A program made the position numbers and the translations under genes. Under the pieces are notes generated by a model. That model ran no database searches. It worked only from the letters and a program-made list of their open reading frames with translations, and was not told the origin of the DNA. A DNA stretch of 64,000 nt from the NCBI RefSeq assembly GCF_009914755.1, contig NC_060926.1. The stretch is one strand, 5' to 3'. Positions 1 through 13,539 of the stretch are shown here, piece after piece (the stretch's first letter is position 1; the number at the start of each line of letters is the position of its first letter). This DNA comes from the human T2T-CHM13v2.0 reference genome, Homo sapiens.

Positions 1-369
1 GTGCAGCGTCCTCCTTGGTCATGGATACATCTGGCCTTGGAGCCTGGGGCATGCATGTAAGAAGTTTGACTCCCTCAAGGCTACCATGCTAGAGAGGTCA
101 GGTGTAGGCACTCTGGCGATAGTCCCAGTTGAGCTCAGCCCTCCTGCCATCATTTTCAAGGCAGCAGACATGCAAGCAAAGCCATCCTGGAGCCCACACA
201 CCTCTTGATCTGCCAGCTGAATCCAATGCATGACCTGTCAATGCCATGTGGCATGAAAAAGTTACCTGCCCAAATTCTTGTCCCACACAATTGTGAAAAA
301 TGATAAAATGGTTGTTGTTTTTGCTACTATGCTCTGGAGTATTTGTTGCTCAGAAATAGATAACTGGGA
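1..369 (+). mobile_element. Old MaLR LTR (MLT1 family), 3' part
   Basis: Typical MLT1 3' end: ...aaaatggttgttgtttttgctactatgctctggagtatttgttgctcagaaatagataactgg. Confidence 0.7.
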
Positions 370-599
370 TGTCTGAATGATAGGCACACAGAGAAGGAGT
401 GTCCAGCCAGGGGGCAAAAGAAGGCTCTAGGAAAGAGATAACACTTGAGTTATCCTCAAAGAGTGGGTAAGAATTCTAAACAAAAGAGAAAAGATAAGGG
501 AACTCCAGGAACAGATGATGCCATGCTCAGGGAATAGTGACTTGTCTGTGTGACTTTAGTATGAGCTGTGTGAAGTGATGGTCAGATTCAAACATTTTA

Positions 600-682
600 T
601 TAGGTTGGTGCAAAAGCTATTTTGGTTTTTGCCATTATTTTTACTTTTAATGGCAGAAACTGAAATAGCTTTTGCACAAAAT
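600..682. mobile_element. MADE1 (Hsmar1 mariner-derived MITE)
   Basis: TA|TTAGGTTGGTGCAAAAG...TTTTTGCCATTA...TAATGGCAGAAAC...CTTTTGCAC; ~80-bp palindrome. Confidence 0.9.
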
Positions 683-721
683 AGCTTCATCAAATTAGCA
701 AAGACTTGAAAATAATACCCA

Positions 722-1023
722 GGCCGGGCGCAGTGGCTCACATCTGTAATCCCAGCACTTTGGAAGTCCTAGGCAGGCAGATCTCTTGTGCCTAGGAGTT
801 TGAGACCAGCCTGGGCAACATAGTAAAACCTTGTCTCTACTAAAAATACAAAAAAATTAGCTGGGCATGGTGGCACACGTCTGTAGTCCTAGCTACCTGG
901 GAGGCTGAGGTGGGAGGATCACCTGAGCCTGGGAGTTCTCCTCAGAAGGTCGAGGCTGTAGTGAGTTGTGATCTCAGCACTGCAATCCAGCCTGGGTGAC
1001 TGAGTGTGAGACCCTGTCTTAAT

Positions 1024-1067
<44 letters not shown>

Positions 1068-1070
1068 AAA
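722..1070 (+). mobile_element. Alu (AluJ-like) with (TAAA)n tail
   Basis: GGCCGGGCGCAGTGGCTCAC start, dimeric body, TSD aaaataatac(c/t)ca. Confidence 0.97.
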
Positions 1071-1079
1071 TAATACTCA

Positions 1080-1680
1080 GTCCTAGCAAGGATGTAGTGA
1101 GTTAGGGACTCTTACATACTGCTGGTGAGAAGGTGAACTGGGAGAACTTTTCTAGAAAAGTTTGGCAGTATGTTTTAAGAACCTTAAAAACTTTGTATTT
1201 AAGACCTTTGAACCCCAAGGTTCCACTTTTAGGAAACTTCCTTGAGGAAATAGAGTTATCAGACGCTTAGATCTAAAAAAACTCATAGCAGATTATAATA
1301 CCATGAAAGCAAAAACAAAGAAACAACATCCCCACAGACAGGGAAACAGTAATAAAAGCTCGTACCCCTGTGTCACACAAGGGTGTTTTTGAAGAACCCT
1401 TATTAACATGAGAAAATTTTCATAATAAATTAACTAAAAAGAAAAGCAACCAGCCAACCAAACAAGCCCAATGCACCTGTATCTAAGACTGTTGGAACAG
1501 CATAGCAAAATCCATTTATATACACAGAAAGGAAAACTAGAAGGAATGTATGTCAAATTGTTAACCATAGTTATCTCTAAGGGAGAGGATTATGAATGCT
1601 TTGAGCTCTCTTTTCTAAACCTTTCTGAATTTCTGTGTCCTATAATGGACATATATAACTTTTACAATCAAAAAAAGGAA
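1080..1680 (+). mobile_element. Old L1 (L1M/L1ME-type) 3' fragment
   Basis: gcaaggatgtagtgag...ctcttacatactgctggtgagaaggtgaactgg...tttggcagtat resembles the L1 ORF2 end and 3'UTR; heavily diverged. Confidence 0.6.
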
Positions 1681-2689
1681 GTAAATTTGTCTAAAAGAAG
1701 CATGAGTGAGTCAGTCCTTCTTTTTCCTTCCTAGGCTGATGCTTACATTCTGACGACCCCAATTCACCCTGTTTCTATTCCAATACATGACCTGTATTTC
1801 TATTCACAAAACTCTTCCAAGCCCTTTCATGTCCACTATCTCATTAGTTTCTCTCAATCAATCCAGGAAGCAGGCAGGGTGAGGATTGCGTCTATTTTCA
1901 GAGGGGAAAAAAAGATCCACAGGAAGGTACCAATTGAATGCAGTCTGCTTTATTTTCAGAGATCCACAGCTCATTCACACCCCTGACCCACTCCCTACAG
2001 CATCCTGCAGAATCAGGGCTGGTCCAAGTGTGGACAGCCATGGGGATGGGGAGACAGACCTTACCCAGGCCTGGGCCACCAAGCTGTTGGCATCTCTCAG
2101 GGCCACCAGCATCCCCGAAATGCCCACCAGGCTGGGGCGAGGTTTCTGAATCACACTGTAGACCCATATTTCTGACAGAGGCACAAATTGCTACTTCGTT
2201 TCACAGTGAATCTCAACATCTGATTTCCATTGACAGTTAAATTAACAAATCAACTAAATACCGATATGTTTTATGTCCCGTCTTATGCCAGATTTATTGT
2301 GATCCCGGCATGACACAATGCAGAAGAGTTTGGATTTACTGGCTCAGGGGTAAACTGTAGATTATTCACTGCGTCCATTTCACTGGCTGAACCAGGAAGC
2401 AATTCCTGGGTCCATCTGTCAGAATCTCTGAACTGGGAGGAGGAGAAGAATGAAGCACGGACAGCTGACCAGCCAGGCAGTCCCCAGAGCTGCCATGCAC
2501 TCTGCAGCACGCTTCCTGGGTCTTCATTCCAATCAGTGGGACAGTTTCACGCATAAATCCTTACCCGATGGTCAGATGTGGTCTCCATCTGCTTTCCTGA
2601 CCTCACTTGTCTTCTTTAAAGAGCAGCGACTCAGAATAATAAAGATCTTTATTTGCATAGCACTCTCCGTTTTTTGTAGTTCAAGGTAC

Positions 2690-2830
2690 ATGATTTCAGT
2701 TAATACTGAAAACAACTCTATGACATGGAACTGTCACCCCCATTTATAGATGAGAAAACTGGCTCAAGGTCACATGGGTGGTAAGAGGTAGAGAGGAACT
2801 AGAACCGTGGTCTCCTGGCTGCCAGTTCAG
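2690..2830 (-). mobile_element. MIR fragment
   Basis: ccccatttatagatgagaaaactggctcaaggtcac MIR core. Confidence 0.7.
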
Positions 2831-3444
2831 GGCTTCTCCTAGAACATTCTAAGAGTGGGGTCTCTGGCCCTGCCTGAGGAGAGAGATCCTGGCCATTCCT
2901 CTGAAACTCTGACACCCTCTTTCTGCCTAGAATCTGGTTTTCCAGGTGGGCTACTGGGCTGATGGAGGAGGTGAACCAACTCATTTCCATGAGCACTTGG
3001 AGGAACACTGCACAGGACCACTAAATGCCGTCCTTTGGTTTGGATGGGGTGGGGTGTGAATGGTCAGGAAGTGGCAGGGCTCATACTCTGAGCTGCTGGG
3101 AGCAGTCTGCCGTTGAGACCTTGGTCTCTTTCATAGAGGACATAGGGGAGATTTAGCTCCAACTTTGTGTCATCAAGCAAAGAATTTGGGAAGTCTGTGT
3201 CCTTTCACTTCTTTTTAATTATAAAATAACTGGCTGTATGGTCCCATCCACTCCTAAGATGCAGGGAATACTTGGGCAGTAAAATGAAATGATAGAGATG
3301 TATTAGGTGGGGACTCTCCAGCCTGGGAATATTGACTGCTCAGTAAATAAGCAGCTGCCGATCTAGCTCTTTCCATCTGAAGAAAGTGCCTTTCAGGAGG
3401 CACAGATAACCTTTGCAACTATAACTGGGATTTACTCTAAGAAA

Positions 3445-3600
3445 GTAGTTCTCAAACTTTAGCATGCATCAAAGTCATGCTTCTTAACACCCCCGGAGTT
3501 TCCGATTCAGTAGATCTAGGATAGAGCTTGATAATTTGCATTTTTAATTATGCAAATTACATTGGTGCTGGTTCTGGGACTGCACCTTAAGAACCTCTGC
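3445..3600. mobile_element. MER5A-like hAT-Charlie MITE
   Basis: tagttctcaaactttagcatgcatc...gattcagtagatctagg...tttgcattttt...aagaacctctgc. Confidence 0.75.
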
Positions 3601-4499
3601 CATGAGGGTTTTGCTGCAAGGGACAGCTGTAGGGGTTTGCTGTGTCTTATTAAAACCTTTCCCATCAACTTGATACAGGCTGAGAACTGGTCTTCAAGGA
3701 CAACAGGGCTGAAGGAGTTGCTTCTTCTCAGAGACAACATGATCTGTGTCAGGCTGGGCAGGGGTGGAATGCATGAGTTGTAGGATTCTGCCCCTACCCT
3801 AGTGAGCCCAAGTTGCTCCATCTCTCCTAGGCTGACTTGGCATACTCGACCCAGCCAGATTGTCCCCCAGGGTGGTCCATCTGGGTCTGCTTATGAGAAT
3901 GAATGAACTGTGTCTGTAAAGTGCTCACAGCTCTCTGGAGAGGGTATCTTAGCACAATTACCATAATAATAAATGCTTTCTGTTCATTTGGTATTTGTGC
4001 ATCCTCGGGGCACCCAGGGGCTCAGCTCATTAAGGCTCTACAACTTGGACAAACAGGTTGGTAGGAAGCGAGGTGAGAAGCTGGCCTTGTATCAATAGTG
4101 TCATTCCATGTTTAAAAAGCCAAAGCTTAGAAATACCAATTCACAAGGTCAGTTGGGCCATTTCAGTTAGCTAGTGAGTAGCAGGACGAGGGCAGGACAC
4201 TGATTGTTTATAGGAAAGCAACAAATGCTCACAGCTCGTATGGTAAGCATCATAGTTTAAGAAACACTTTGACACATGTTATGAAATTCAATCTTTATAA
4301 TAGTCCTGTGAGGTAGAGATGAAGTCAGTTTGGTTCTTGTGCAGATCACATAGAAGGAATGAGGCAGAACTGAAGGCAGCTCACATTCTGCTATTTACAG
4401 CTCCCATCGTAAGGACGGACTCCTAATTCAATGCTCTATTATGTTATCAGTGTTCACTGAGTACTCTCCATTAAAGGGACCCAGATTCAATCAGGACCT

Positions 4500-4730
4500 T
4501 TCAGTGGCTCTGACGACACGCTGTCTGAGTTTAACTGTTGGCTCCATCACCTACTTGCTCCGTAAGATTGGGAAGTGGTTTATCCTAAGACTCAGTTTCT
4601 CGAATGTACAACGGGGATAATAAGAGTACCTTCTTCATGTGGCCTTTGTGAAGAGCAAATGAATTACTGTCCATCAGTTCTTAGTGGTGCCTAACACAGA
4701 GTAAGTCTTGATGAATGTTGGCTGCATTAC
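4500..4730 (+). mobile_element. MIR
   Basis: ctcagtttctc...tgtacaacggggataataagagtacc...tgcctaacacagagtaagt. Confidence 0.75.
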
Positions 4731-6259
4731 TAGCTCAGTCCCCACTCCAGCTGAAAGGGGTTGCAGGGTCGCCCTCTCCATCGGCTCAGGGAAGACAGTA
4801 GAGTCTGCCTTATTCTATGGGCTCACTGGGTCCTAATTACTGGGAAGCAGTGGTTTCCCTGGCCTGTGTTGCAGCCTGCCACTTTGTTCTTGACCCTGCT
4901 CTGACTGGTGTTCTTGACAATAGGCCACAGGCTGGGTTTTGGCCTCTGTTTGTTTGTAGCCTCATCAGGGGAAAGTCATTTCAAACTGCTTGTTTGTGAT
5001 TGCTGCCTCATAGGCTGAGATTCGTGGGGCAACACTGGCTTAATAGTCCATTGCTAGTCACAGTGGGGAAATCAGAGTGCATTATGCTAAGGCAGTTGGC
5101 ATGGCGGTAGGGGGCAATGGCTGAAGAGAGACGCTCATCTAGACACAAAACAACTCCGCTTCCAGGAAGCAGGGATCCTCTGTACCTGGGCTGTTTTAAA
5201 TACTCTAGTGCAAAAATCAGGGCAGCTTGCTCTGGCCAAAGGCCTCCCCTTTCATTATTTCCAGCTCTGGAGGAGCACCTTGCAGGTGGTATGAAGGATG
5301 TGCAGAGTGGACAGGTGACAGCTCATAGGCAGGAGCTATGTCTGTCAGCTGGAAGAAGGATGGAGATGTGGTTTACACACCAAACCTAGGATGTGCCCTG
5401 CTCAGGGAAGAGCAGCCTGCAACGTACAGTGCGACTGTGGGGAAGACTCCAAACTGGATGAGTAGAACCAGGACCTGCTGGGTCCTGTCACCATGGCTAC
5501 AGTGAGGGCTGGTCAGGAGACACCTGGCTGGGAAGTTCAGCCTGCACAAGGCAGGAATCACTGAAACAGGAATGTTACCCACTCAAGGTAGAGGGAGGCA
5601 GCTCAGAGCCTGGAGAGCAATGGATAATCAGCAAGAACCATCTCTAGCAAGCAGGGCTGATAAACTGCTGCTCTCAGGGTGAAGGTTTGGGCAACTGGCT
5701 TAGTCTTTCCAAGTCTTACTTTATGTATGTGTAAAATGGGCATAAATAATCCCGGTCCTGTCTATCCTACAGGGTTTCTGGGATTAGAACTATCCTGATA
5801 CATAACTCCAGAGCATTCTATGTGAGGTCTATTGGGACTGGTTGAAGGGATAAGATGGAAGCCACAAAGAAAATCTTGTGAATGTGAAGGAATTGGGCCA
5901 TTGTAAGTGACTGTATTATTTTATTCTGCATGCTGCATGAGAATAGCCTTGGGCCACCAGACATTTGTTGTGGCCAGTGAAAGGCTAGTGGCCCCTTGGT
6001 GATCCCTATGGCCATTGGATCTGGAGAGGGGACTGGCAGATGTGGAGATCCTGGGAAGATCCTTCCATTGACCTGAGCACCTGAGTCAGCCTGCCCCACC
6101 TCTGTGGGACAGAGACAGCTGCCACTGGCTCTGGTCTTGCTCAGTTTCTGTTGGCTCTCAGGGGCCTTCTAGGCTTCTCAGTGGTGCTGTGCTTCTGAAC
6201 CAGAACCTCCTGAGTACCTGCTGTAGAGTAAACTCAGTAATGACAGAGTCCCAAGAAAC

Positions 6260-6480
6260 CAGCAGCGACCATTTACGGAGCACCTGCTCACAGGCAGTCA
6301 CTGAGCAAGTCCCACTGGACCCACTGTTTGTCATTTTATCCTCCTACCAACCCTGTGAGTAGGTATTATCATCTTTGTTTAACAGATAAAGACACTCAGG
6401 CCCAGAGAGGTTAAGCGACTTGTCCAAGGTTGCAGAGCCAAATTTGAACTATAGCTTGCCTGCACCTGAGTCTAAGGAAT
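6260..6480 (-). mobile_element. MIR
   Basis: ccctgtgagtaggtattatc...acagataaagacactcaggcccagagaggttaagcgacttgtccaagg. Confidence 0.75.
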
Positions 6481-6494
6481 TTCTGCTACATGTG

Positions 6495-6757
6495 TATCTC
6501 CCAAACTGTTTTCTGCAAAAACACTGGTTCTGGGAACTGTTTTTGGTGCTTCATGAAAAGATTATTTTGTGGGAATAAGTTTGGGAAGGCTGCATATTCT
6601 ATTTTACTCTTGGAGATTCATATTGTACATTAGCAAATTAAAGGCTCTGAGAAACCCTGGACTGGAGAAATTTGGGCAACATTTAAAAACCCAACATTCA
6701 TTGCTCCTATTTGAACATGGGACACGTTTTCACCACAACAGTGTTGGGAAACACTGA
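6495..6757. mobile_element. Probable hAT-Charlie non-autonomous DNA transposon
   Basis: hAT-like termini (tctcccaaactg... / ...ttgggaaacactg); family not resolved. Confidence 0.45.
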
Positions 6758-8412
6758 GTTATATTGTGGCTTCTATTTTGAATTAACATATAGAGTTATT
6801 AAAGATAGATGAAAAATACTTCTGTTCTTTTGGGATCTTATATTTTTGTGGGGGTGAAGACATATCTGAAACTGAGGAGAGATGTATGGAAGCTTAGAGA
6901 GAGGACTGGCTCATTCTCCCTGAAGGCTTCACAAAGCAGTGAAGCCTTTGTGCTTCACTTGGGCTGGGCCATGACAGGTCAGCAGGGATCACCCGATAAT
7001 GACACAGGGGAGGCATCCCAGACAAAAGCGTTAACTGCATGCTCACTCCTCCTCCCTTCATTCTCCAGGGACCAGTCCTCTGCTCAGAGTTCCTGCATCC
7101 TGGGGGCCACTTCTGAACCAGACCATGCCCACTCCAGCCACCACAGATCGAGCCACGGGCAACCAATTACTAGACTGGCCACACCTGTGACTTGTGTGGT
7201 TCCGCCTTAAGAGATAGACTGGAGCAATCAGATTCTCAGTTTGAGAAATCTGATCAAACACATGGAAAGACTTGCTGATTTATGGTGATGATTGCAGCTG
7301 CAAAGTCTTGAGGTAAGGCTGGAGAGGCTAATGTGGGCCAGGTATAGTTCAGTTAACTCCATGGGAGGCTGGTGGTAGGGTGGGAGAGGCAGACCCAGAC
7401 TCCTAAGCAGAGTACCCTAGTTGGAAGAAGCACCAGAGAGAGAAGTGGCACTTAACTGGGGCTGAGACAGGTGAAGAGCAGAATGCTGGCTTTAAGATCC
7501 CAGGACTCTCCTGTTTGGGGTTCTCTGCAGCTCTAGGTATGCAGAACCTTCTCAGCTCTGGCCACAGTGAAACCAATCCTATCATCAGCCCTAGCCCTGG
7601 CAGCCACTCTCTCTTCTTCCAGCTGCCCCGTCATAAGGAGTAGGAGATGATGACCATCTTGGAGGAGGGAGATGCTGTATCCTGGAGAGGCCACTGGGGT
7701 AGGAATCGGCCATCTGTGCTGCGCTTCAAGTTGTGCTACCGATTAGTCACATCACTTCACATCTGTGCTGCACCCTCACCCTCACTGCGAAACTGGTGAC
7801 AATAAAGATTGTGGGGAAGAGCACATGAGATGTATATGTGAAAGCCCTTTGTAAACTGTCAGGAGTGGCATAGATTTATTACTGTTACTGGTTGTGGAAA
7901 TGTATGTAGAGAGGACAGGCAGAAATGCCTTTAAAAGCTGTGTGGGGCCTGTAATACTTGCCGGAGCCAAGCAGGCTGGTCTCCAGCTGCTAGGGCCACG
8001 TGGTCACGAAAGAAGTGCCCTGTGTAGGCCACGGCTTGAGGCCCTCCCCAACCTTGCTCTCCTACATCACGCCCAGAATGTTCCATGCCTGCCTTGTGGC
8101 TGTGGTGAGTGTGCTAAAGCAAAGATACAGAGGACAGAATCTCAGGCTCAGAGGTCTTTTAGACAGGCAACATCCAATTATCTGGGAAAATAGAGGTCCA
8201 GAGAGGGTTATGTGATATTGTGACGTTGACTGATCAATCAGTGGTCAGTGAGCAGGCACTTCCAGATCCATCTGCAGAGGAATTGTCCCAAGACACCTAG
8301 GCTGTAGTGGTAGAGAGGCAGGAGAGGCCACAAGATAGAGGCTGTGGGGTAGTGAGGAATAAGAGGGTTTGTGGGAAGTGGGCAGAGTCCAGAAAGGGTT
8401 GAGGGATGGGAG

Positions 8413-8855
8413 TGAAACTGCCTTTGCAAAAATCATAACTGATAAAATTATGACATTGAAAGAGATCTGACCTGATTCCATTTTGCTTCTAACCTACAAG
8501 CTGTCATTGTTCATTCCTGGGTGCAGGAGAAACTAACTTCGGGAAGAACTCAGTTTGTAGTTTAACTTTGAAACAAAGACAGTAACAGCCCTTTCCCAAA
8601 ACAAACCTCCTTCTTGCCTGGGGACCAGACTGCCTTTGTAGGACTAACAGACTAGCTACAAGATTAGAAATTATTGTTTAGGAGTCATGCAGCTGGAGGC
8701 TGCAAGATTCTGAACCTCCTCAAATTGCTCCTGGGGATAACATCACTATTGTAAAACCTAAAATCAATGCTTGAGATATTTGCAGACCCTCTACTCAATG
8801 GATCATCTGGCACCACCCAGATCAGTAAACTGGCCCATCTGTTCTTGTGGCCCCA
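8413..8855 (+). mobile_element. LTR8-family ERV1 LTR, 3'-truncated
   Basis: TGAAACTGCCTTTGCAAAAATCATAACTG...acagccctttcccaaaacaaac...ggagtcatgcagctggaggctgcaagattctg...cttgtggcccc; similarity stops abruptly at ~8855. Confidence 0.85.
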
Positions 8856-9362
8856 TGTCCTCCATCAGGCCCTGCCTGTGCTTAGAAGAGCTTCAGGTCT
8901 GGCTGTGTGCTACTCCAAGGGAAGATAATGAGCTTGATGCATTATTCCTTCCTATCAATCAATCACCAATTTTTTTCACTTTTTGTGTATTTACATTTTG
9001 CAATTACTCCAATTTTCAGGGAAGAGAGCAAAAAAATGACATGATTAAACAGAAGACTCATCTCTGGAATTTTCCAACCTGAGAACACAGAGCTTTTATT
9101 GCTTTGCCGAGTCTGGGTCTGGCTCCATGCACAGCAAACCTCCATCTCTAGAGAGCAGAGGGCAGGGAATTTACAAGGTGGTGTTGGAGCTAAAGCCTGC
9201 TCCTGTCTGTACACCAGGGAGAGGTGTTTTGTTCATTACACACTTGTGTTGAACTGTAAATGACCCAAAGGCAGTGTGTTGAGGTTTCAATATTTTCTAG
9301 TGGAGAAGGTCATGATGAAGTGAGGATCTAAAAAAAAAAAAGCATTTATTGAAGGCTTCCTA

Positions 9363-9442
9363 TTAGGTTGAACCAGATGAAACTGGTGACATTGTACTGT
9401 TCTGGGCACATAAAAGTGGCAGTTTCACATGATTCAACCTAA
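9363..9442. mobile_element. MADE2 mariner-derived MITE
   Basis: TA|TTAGGTTGAACCAGATGAAACTG...CAGTTTCACATGATTCAACCTAA; 80 bp with inverted termini. Confidence 0.85.
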
Positions 9443-10193
9443 TGCATTCAGACTCTGCTGAATTCTTCATGGACATCCCATAAGGAAAACCTTGGTACTT
9501 TGTTTTGCCTGATTAGGATGTTGAGACTCAAAGGTAGGAAGATAAATGGACATAGCTGACACTTTTAACAAAGGACAGCCTTTGGTCCTTAAGCACAAGA
9601 GAGCCTGAGGCTGGGGCATTTCTGTCACTTGGCAGCTCAAACACCTGAGACCAGCCTTTCACTGACTTTTATAGCTTTTGTATGACCTTCAGTGTAGTCT
9701 CATGTGCTGGCCATAAGGTCTTTCAGAATTTCATTTCTTTGTCTTTAAGGGGCTAAGAAAAGACTGTAGAAGTGTCTGAGGAGCACAGGATGTTCCAGAG
9801 AGGCCAACTGTGGCTGTTTCCTGTCCTGACTCCTCACAGAGTCTTCCCTGTCTTAGGTGGCCCTGTGGTCTCTGCGCTGCGTGACTCCTTCCTGGCTGTG
9901 ATAGAAGGGAAGCGCTTTCACAAGCTGGCCAACAACCTAAGATGCATGTGGCCTTGCTCAAAAGCCAGATCTGGGCCCATCAGATTCCTTTCTTCAGAAT
10001 TCAAGACTGGGATAGTGCTGGGTGTCTGTGAGGGTTGAGCTGAATGATCCTGGGGTGGATCTGGGGCCAAGGCAGCCCTTCTGGGCCATGCTCATCAGAG
10101 AAGGCAGGAGAGCAGAGCAGCACCCAATGGGAGCCATGGCATCATGCACCGGAGACCATCCTTCTTCATCCTTCTTCTCAATGTCCCAGTTTT

Positions 10194-10214
10194 AGAGAGA
10201 GAGAGAGAGAGAGA
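10194..10214. repeat. (GA)n microsatellite
   Basis: agagagagagagagagagaga. Confidence 0.9.
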
Positions 10215-10282
10215 AGCTAAAACCCAGAGGCTTTGGCATGATACCTAAGAGATGCTCTCACCTCTTTTGAGGAGCAAGATGA

Positions 10283-10664
<382 letters not shown>

Positions 10665-11056
10665 AGCCCACTTTTCTTTGTGACAAGAATGGATACCTGA
10701 TACCTTCCCTAGCAACTGATTGGTTTCCAAGGTGTTTGGCCGACTCATGAGCATTTAGCTACTTCACAGTTGAGTAGAGATTAACCTCTTCCATTTGTGT
10801 GGTGCATTCACAGATGAGATGTCTTTTGATTCTACAACACCCCTGTGAAGAAGGCATGGTGGGCATCCTGATTCTCCTATTTTCAGCTGGGAAAACAAAG
10901 TCATGCAGCACTGGGCCTAAAACCCAGGTCCCCACATTCCCACTCCAGTGCTGTTTTTATGTAATTTCTCTGGTTCTCAGGTCACTTTCTACGAGGGTAA
11001 TTCCTGAGTTTCTAAGCCCAAGACTTTCAGTCCATCCTGGCCTATGCTCCCTGCTA

Positions 11057-11110
11057 ACACACACACCACATACACACCCACCACACACAGACACACACAC
11101 ACACACACCA
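11057..11110. repeat. Imperfect (CA)n microsatellite
   Basis: acacacacaccacatacacacccaccacacacagacacacacacacacac. Confidence 0.85.
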
Positions 11111-11504
11111 CTTGTCCTTGAAGGTCTCTGCAATGCATGTCCTTATGCCACTATCCCATCCCTCGGCTGAGGCGTGTTGCCCAATGGGCCCTAGCAGTAA
11201 CTGAATGGCTGCACTGGAAGGGAAAGACTTTTAGCTACAGGAAGCAGTTCTGCTGATTCGATCTCATCTAATTAAAAGTCACTGAACTGTCAGAAGAGCT
11301 GCCTTTTAGGTCAGGCATTAAAACCTAACACCCTGAACTCTCCAAACTCTTTTCTGCTTGCTCCACACTCTGTCCATTTCCTCACATCTGCCAAACATTG
11401 GTGGGGAGCTTAACTCCAATGTTTAGGCTACCCTGAGTTAGGATATACAAAGCCAGAGCTGACAAGGACACCTAAGACTCTCTGGCTTCCACCTAGGCTC
11501 CCAG

Positions 11505-11670
11505 AGTAGCACGCTGGAGCCAATTGTGTGCATCTCTTCCCAATTCCACATCTGGAGACCTCACAGTGGTATCTTATAATCAGCCATCATGGGAATATTT
11601 ACACTACAGAAATTGGCAAATGGTAAAATCAAGGCTCCCTCCTGAAGAGGCACTTGTTAGACACCTGCCC
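11505..11670. mobile_element. MER63-like hAT-Blackjack element
   Basis: gcatctcttcccaattccac...cagccatcatgggaatatttacactacagaaattggcaaatg resembles MER63. Confidence 0.65.
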
Positions 11671-11777
11671 AAGGCCCCTCGAGGTCCAAGGAGCCTGCAT
11701 GGGAGCATGGGTGGAATCTGAAGGCCCCTCTGTCCTGATGCAGCCTGGGCCCTTCTGATTGTGTCTGTTCCGCAGAG

Positions 11778-12040
11778 CAATAATAGCTGACGTTTCCTGA
11801 GGACTATATATGTGCCAGGTTGTATGCTGACATTTTGCAAGTATTAACTCATTTTATCTCCTTAAAATCCTAAGAGTAAATAGTATTATTAACTTCTTTT
11901 TTGCAGATGAGGAAAATGAGGCTCAGAGAGGTTACATAACTTACTCTATAGCTTACACGGCTAGTGAGGGTGGTACCTGGATTTGAATTCAGGCAGTCTG
12001 ACTCTTAACCCACATTCTTAACCTCTATGCTATACTCCTT
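11778..12040 (-). mobile_element. MIR, near full length
   Basis: aataatagctgac...tgtgccagg...gcagatgaggaaaatgaggctcagagaggtt...ggatttgaattcaggcagtctgactc. Confidence 0.88.
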
Positions 12041-13539
12041 CTCCACATCAGATTTAATTTGGAAAAAAAAAATCCCAGGGAAGAAACTGTTAGAAAATTA
12101 AGTAATATTCTCACTACAGTACAATGGAATGCCCTGAGTGTACCCTTCTCCGCACTTTGCTGCCTCTGGTTCTAGATTTTAGTAAAAGCTGCTTAGTCAG
12201 AGTTGGCCCAATTAATAAATAAGTATCTTTCAGAAACCTCAAACTTGTTCCACTCCTGCCTGATTTTGGGATGGGAGACTGAGCAGACCCACTGGGGTGG
12301 TGGAATCACTCAATCACACTGAAAATGACATCCAAATAAATAAAGAAAATCAAGTGTGCCATCTGGGCCCTGCACACAGCAGGGCTCTTGTGCAGCTGCA
12401 GGGTGCTGTTTATTCTGAGCTGTCTTGGACAGAGAAGGAGACACCTGAGTTCAGCCAGGGTTAAAGAATTCTCCAGGTTCCTGGGCATGAGCTAAACCCT
12501 CAGTAAATGAAGCTTCCCCATCCAGCCCATGACTGCTCCACATCTTCAGAGACCCCCAAGTCCCACCCTCTGGGGCTTCAGCCACAACAAACTACTCACA
12601 GGTAGTTTGTGAGTAAACCACAGGCTTTTTCCCATCCAATTGAGTGCGAAGATTCAACCAGGCCATGGTACTCACTTCTGCTCTTACATATCAGCTATAA
12701 CGAACGCCTCTGAGTTTTAGGTTCTCTGTCTCCAAAATTGGGATGAGCTACCACATGGGTTATAGTGAGGAATACGAGCTAACCCATTTAAATGCTGAAT
12801 GCAAAGCTTGGTCCTTCACTAGGACTAAATATGAGTCAGCAATGATTAGTGGTGACAATGCAGACACTAGTTAGTTCTTTGCCCTCATCTCCTTCTCATG
12901 ACCACTATCACTGTCCTGGCATCTGGAATACCCTGCACATCTCACTGTCCCAATTTTCTCCCCCGCTGGCAGGGCTCGGCTCACGCTGATCTTTGAAGAC
13001 ATCTGTGACTCTTCCAGGGAGAAGTGGGCTCTTTATTCCTTGACACAGCACATCATACCACCGCTTCTAGCTTCTAGAAAGGCCAGTTATATTATTCCTG
13101 AAATCTCAGCAGTCATGGCAAACTTTCACGGCAGATGCCTTTGTTATTTAGGGTCAAACCACAGCCAGAGTTAATTCTCATTCTGTCCTCCTGGTCACAG
13201 TGGGGGTGCTGTGGCAAACCTGAGGCCCCATCTCCCCCACCTGTCTGTCCATTGGAATATTCCTGGTCTCCCATGTCAAATGCCAAGCTCCAGGTGGGAT
13301 TTGACCTAGCATCTCTTTCATGTCAATGCTCCCCCTGCAGAATCTGCAGGCTGACCTTGCAGGAGGTAGGGGCCCTGAACTAAGCTATGATCTTCCTGGA
13401 GGGGTAGGAGGAAAGGATTATTCCCTTGCATATGGTAGATGAGGTTGTATCTCAAAAACTATACTCTCGATTTCAGAGATGCTTAATAATATCTCACTGG
13501 CTTGGCCCTTTCCTGGGTCAAAAGTAAAATCTCCCTGTG

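Noticed and set aside
400-420. CTCF-like motifs (here and ~30575)
   Set aside because: At least two mismatches to the core; cannot be supported without a PWM scan or ChIP.
2450-2470. Possible REST/NRSE site (cacggacagc)
   Set aside because: Only the right half-site is present; the TTCAGCACC half is missing.
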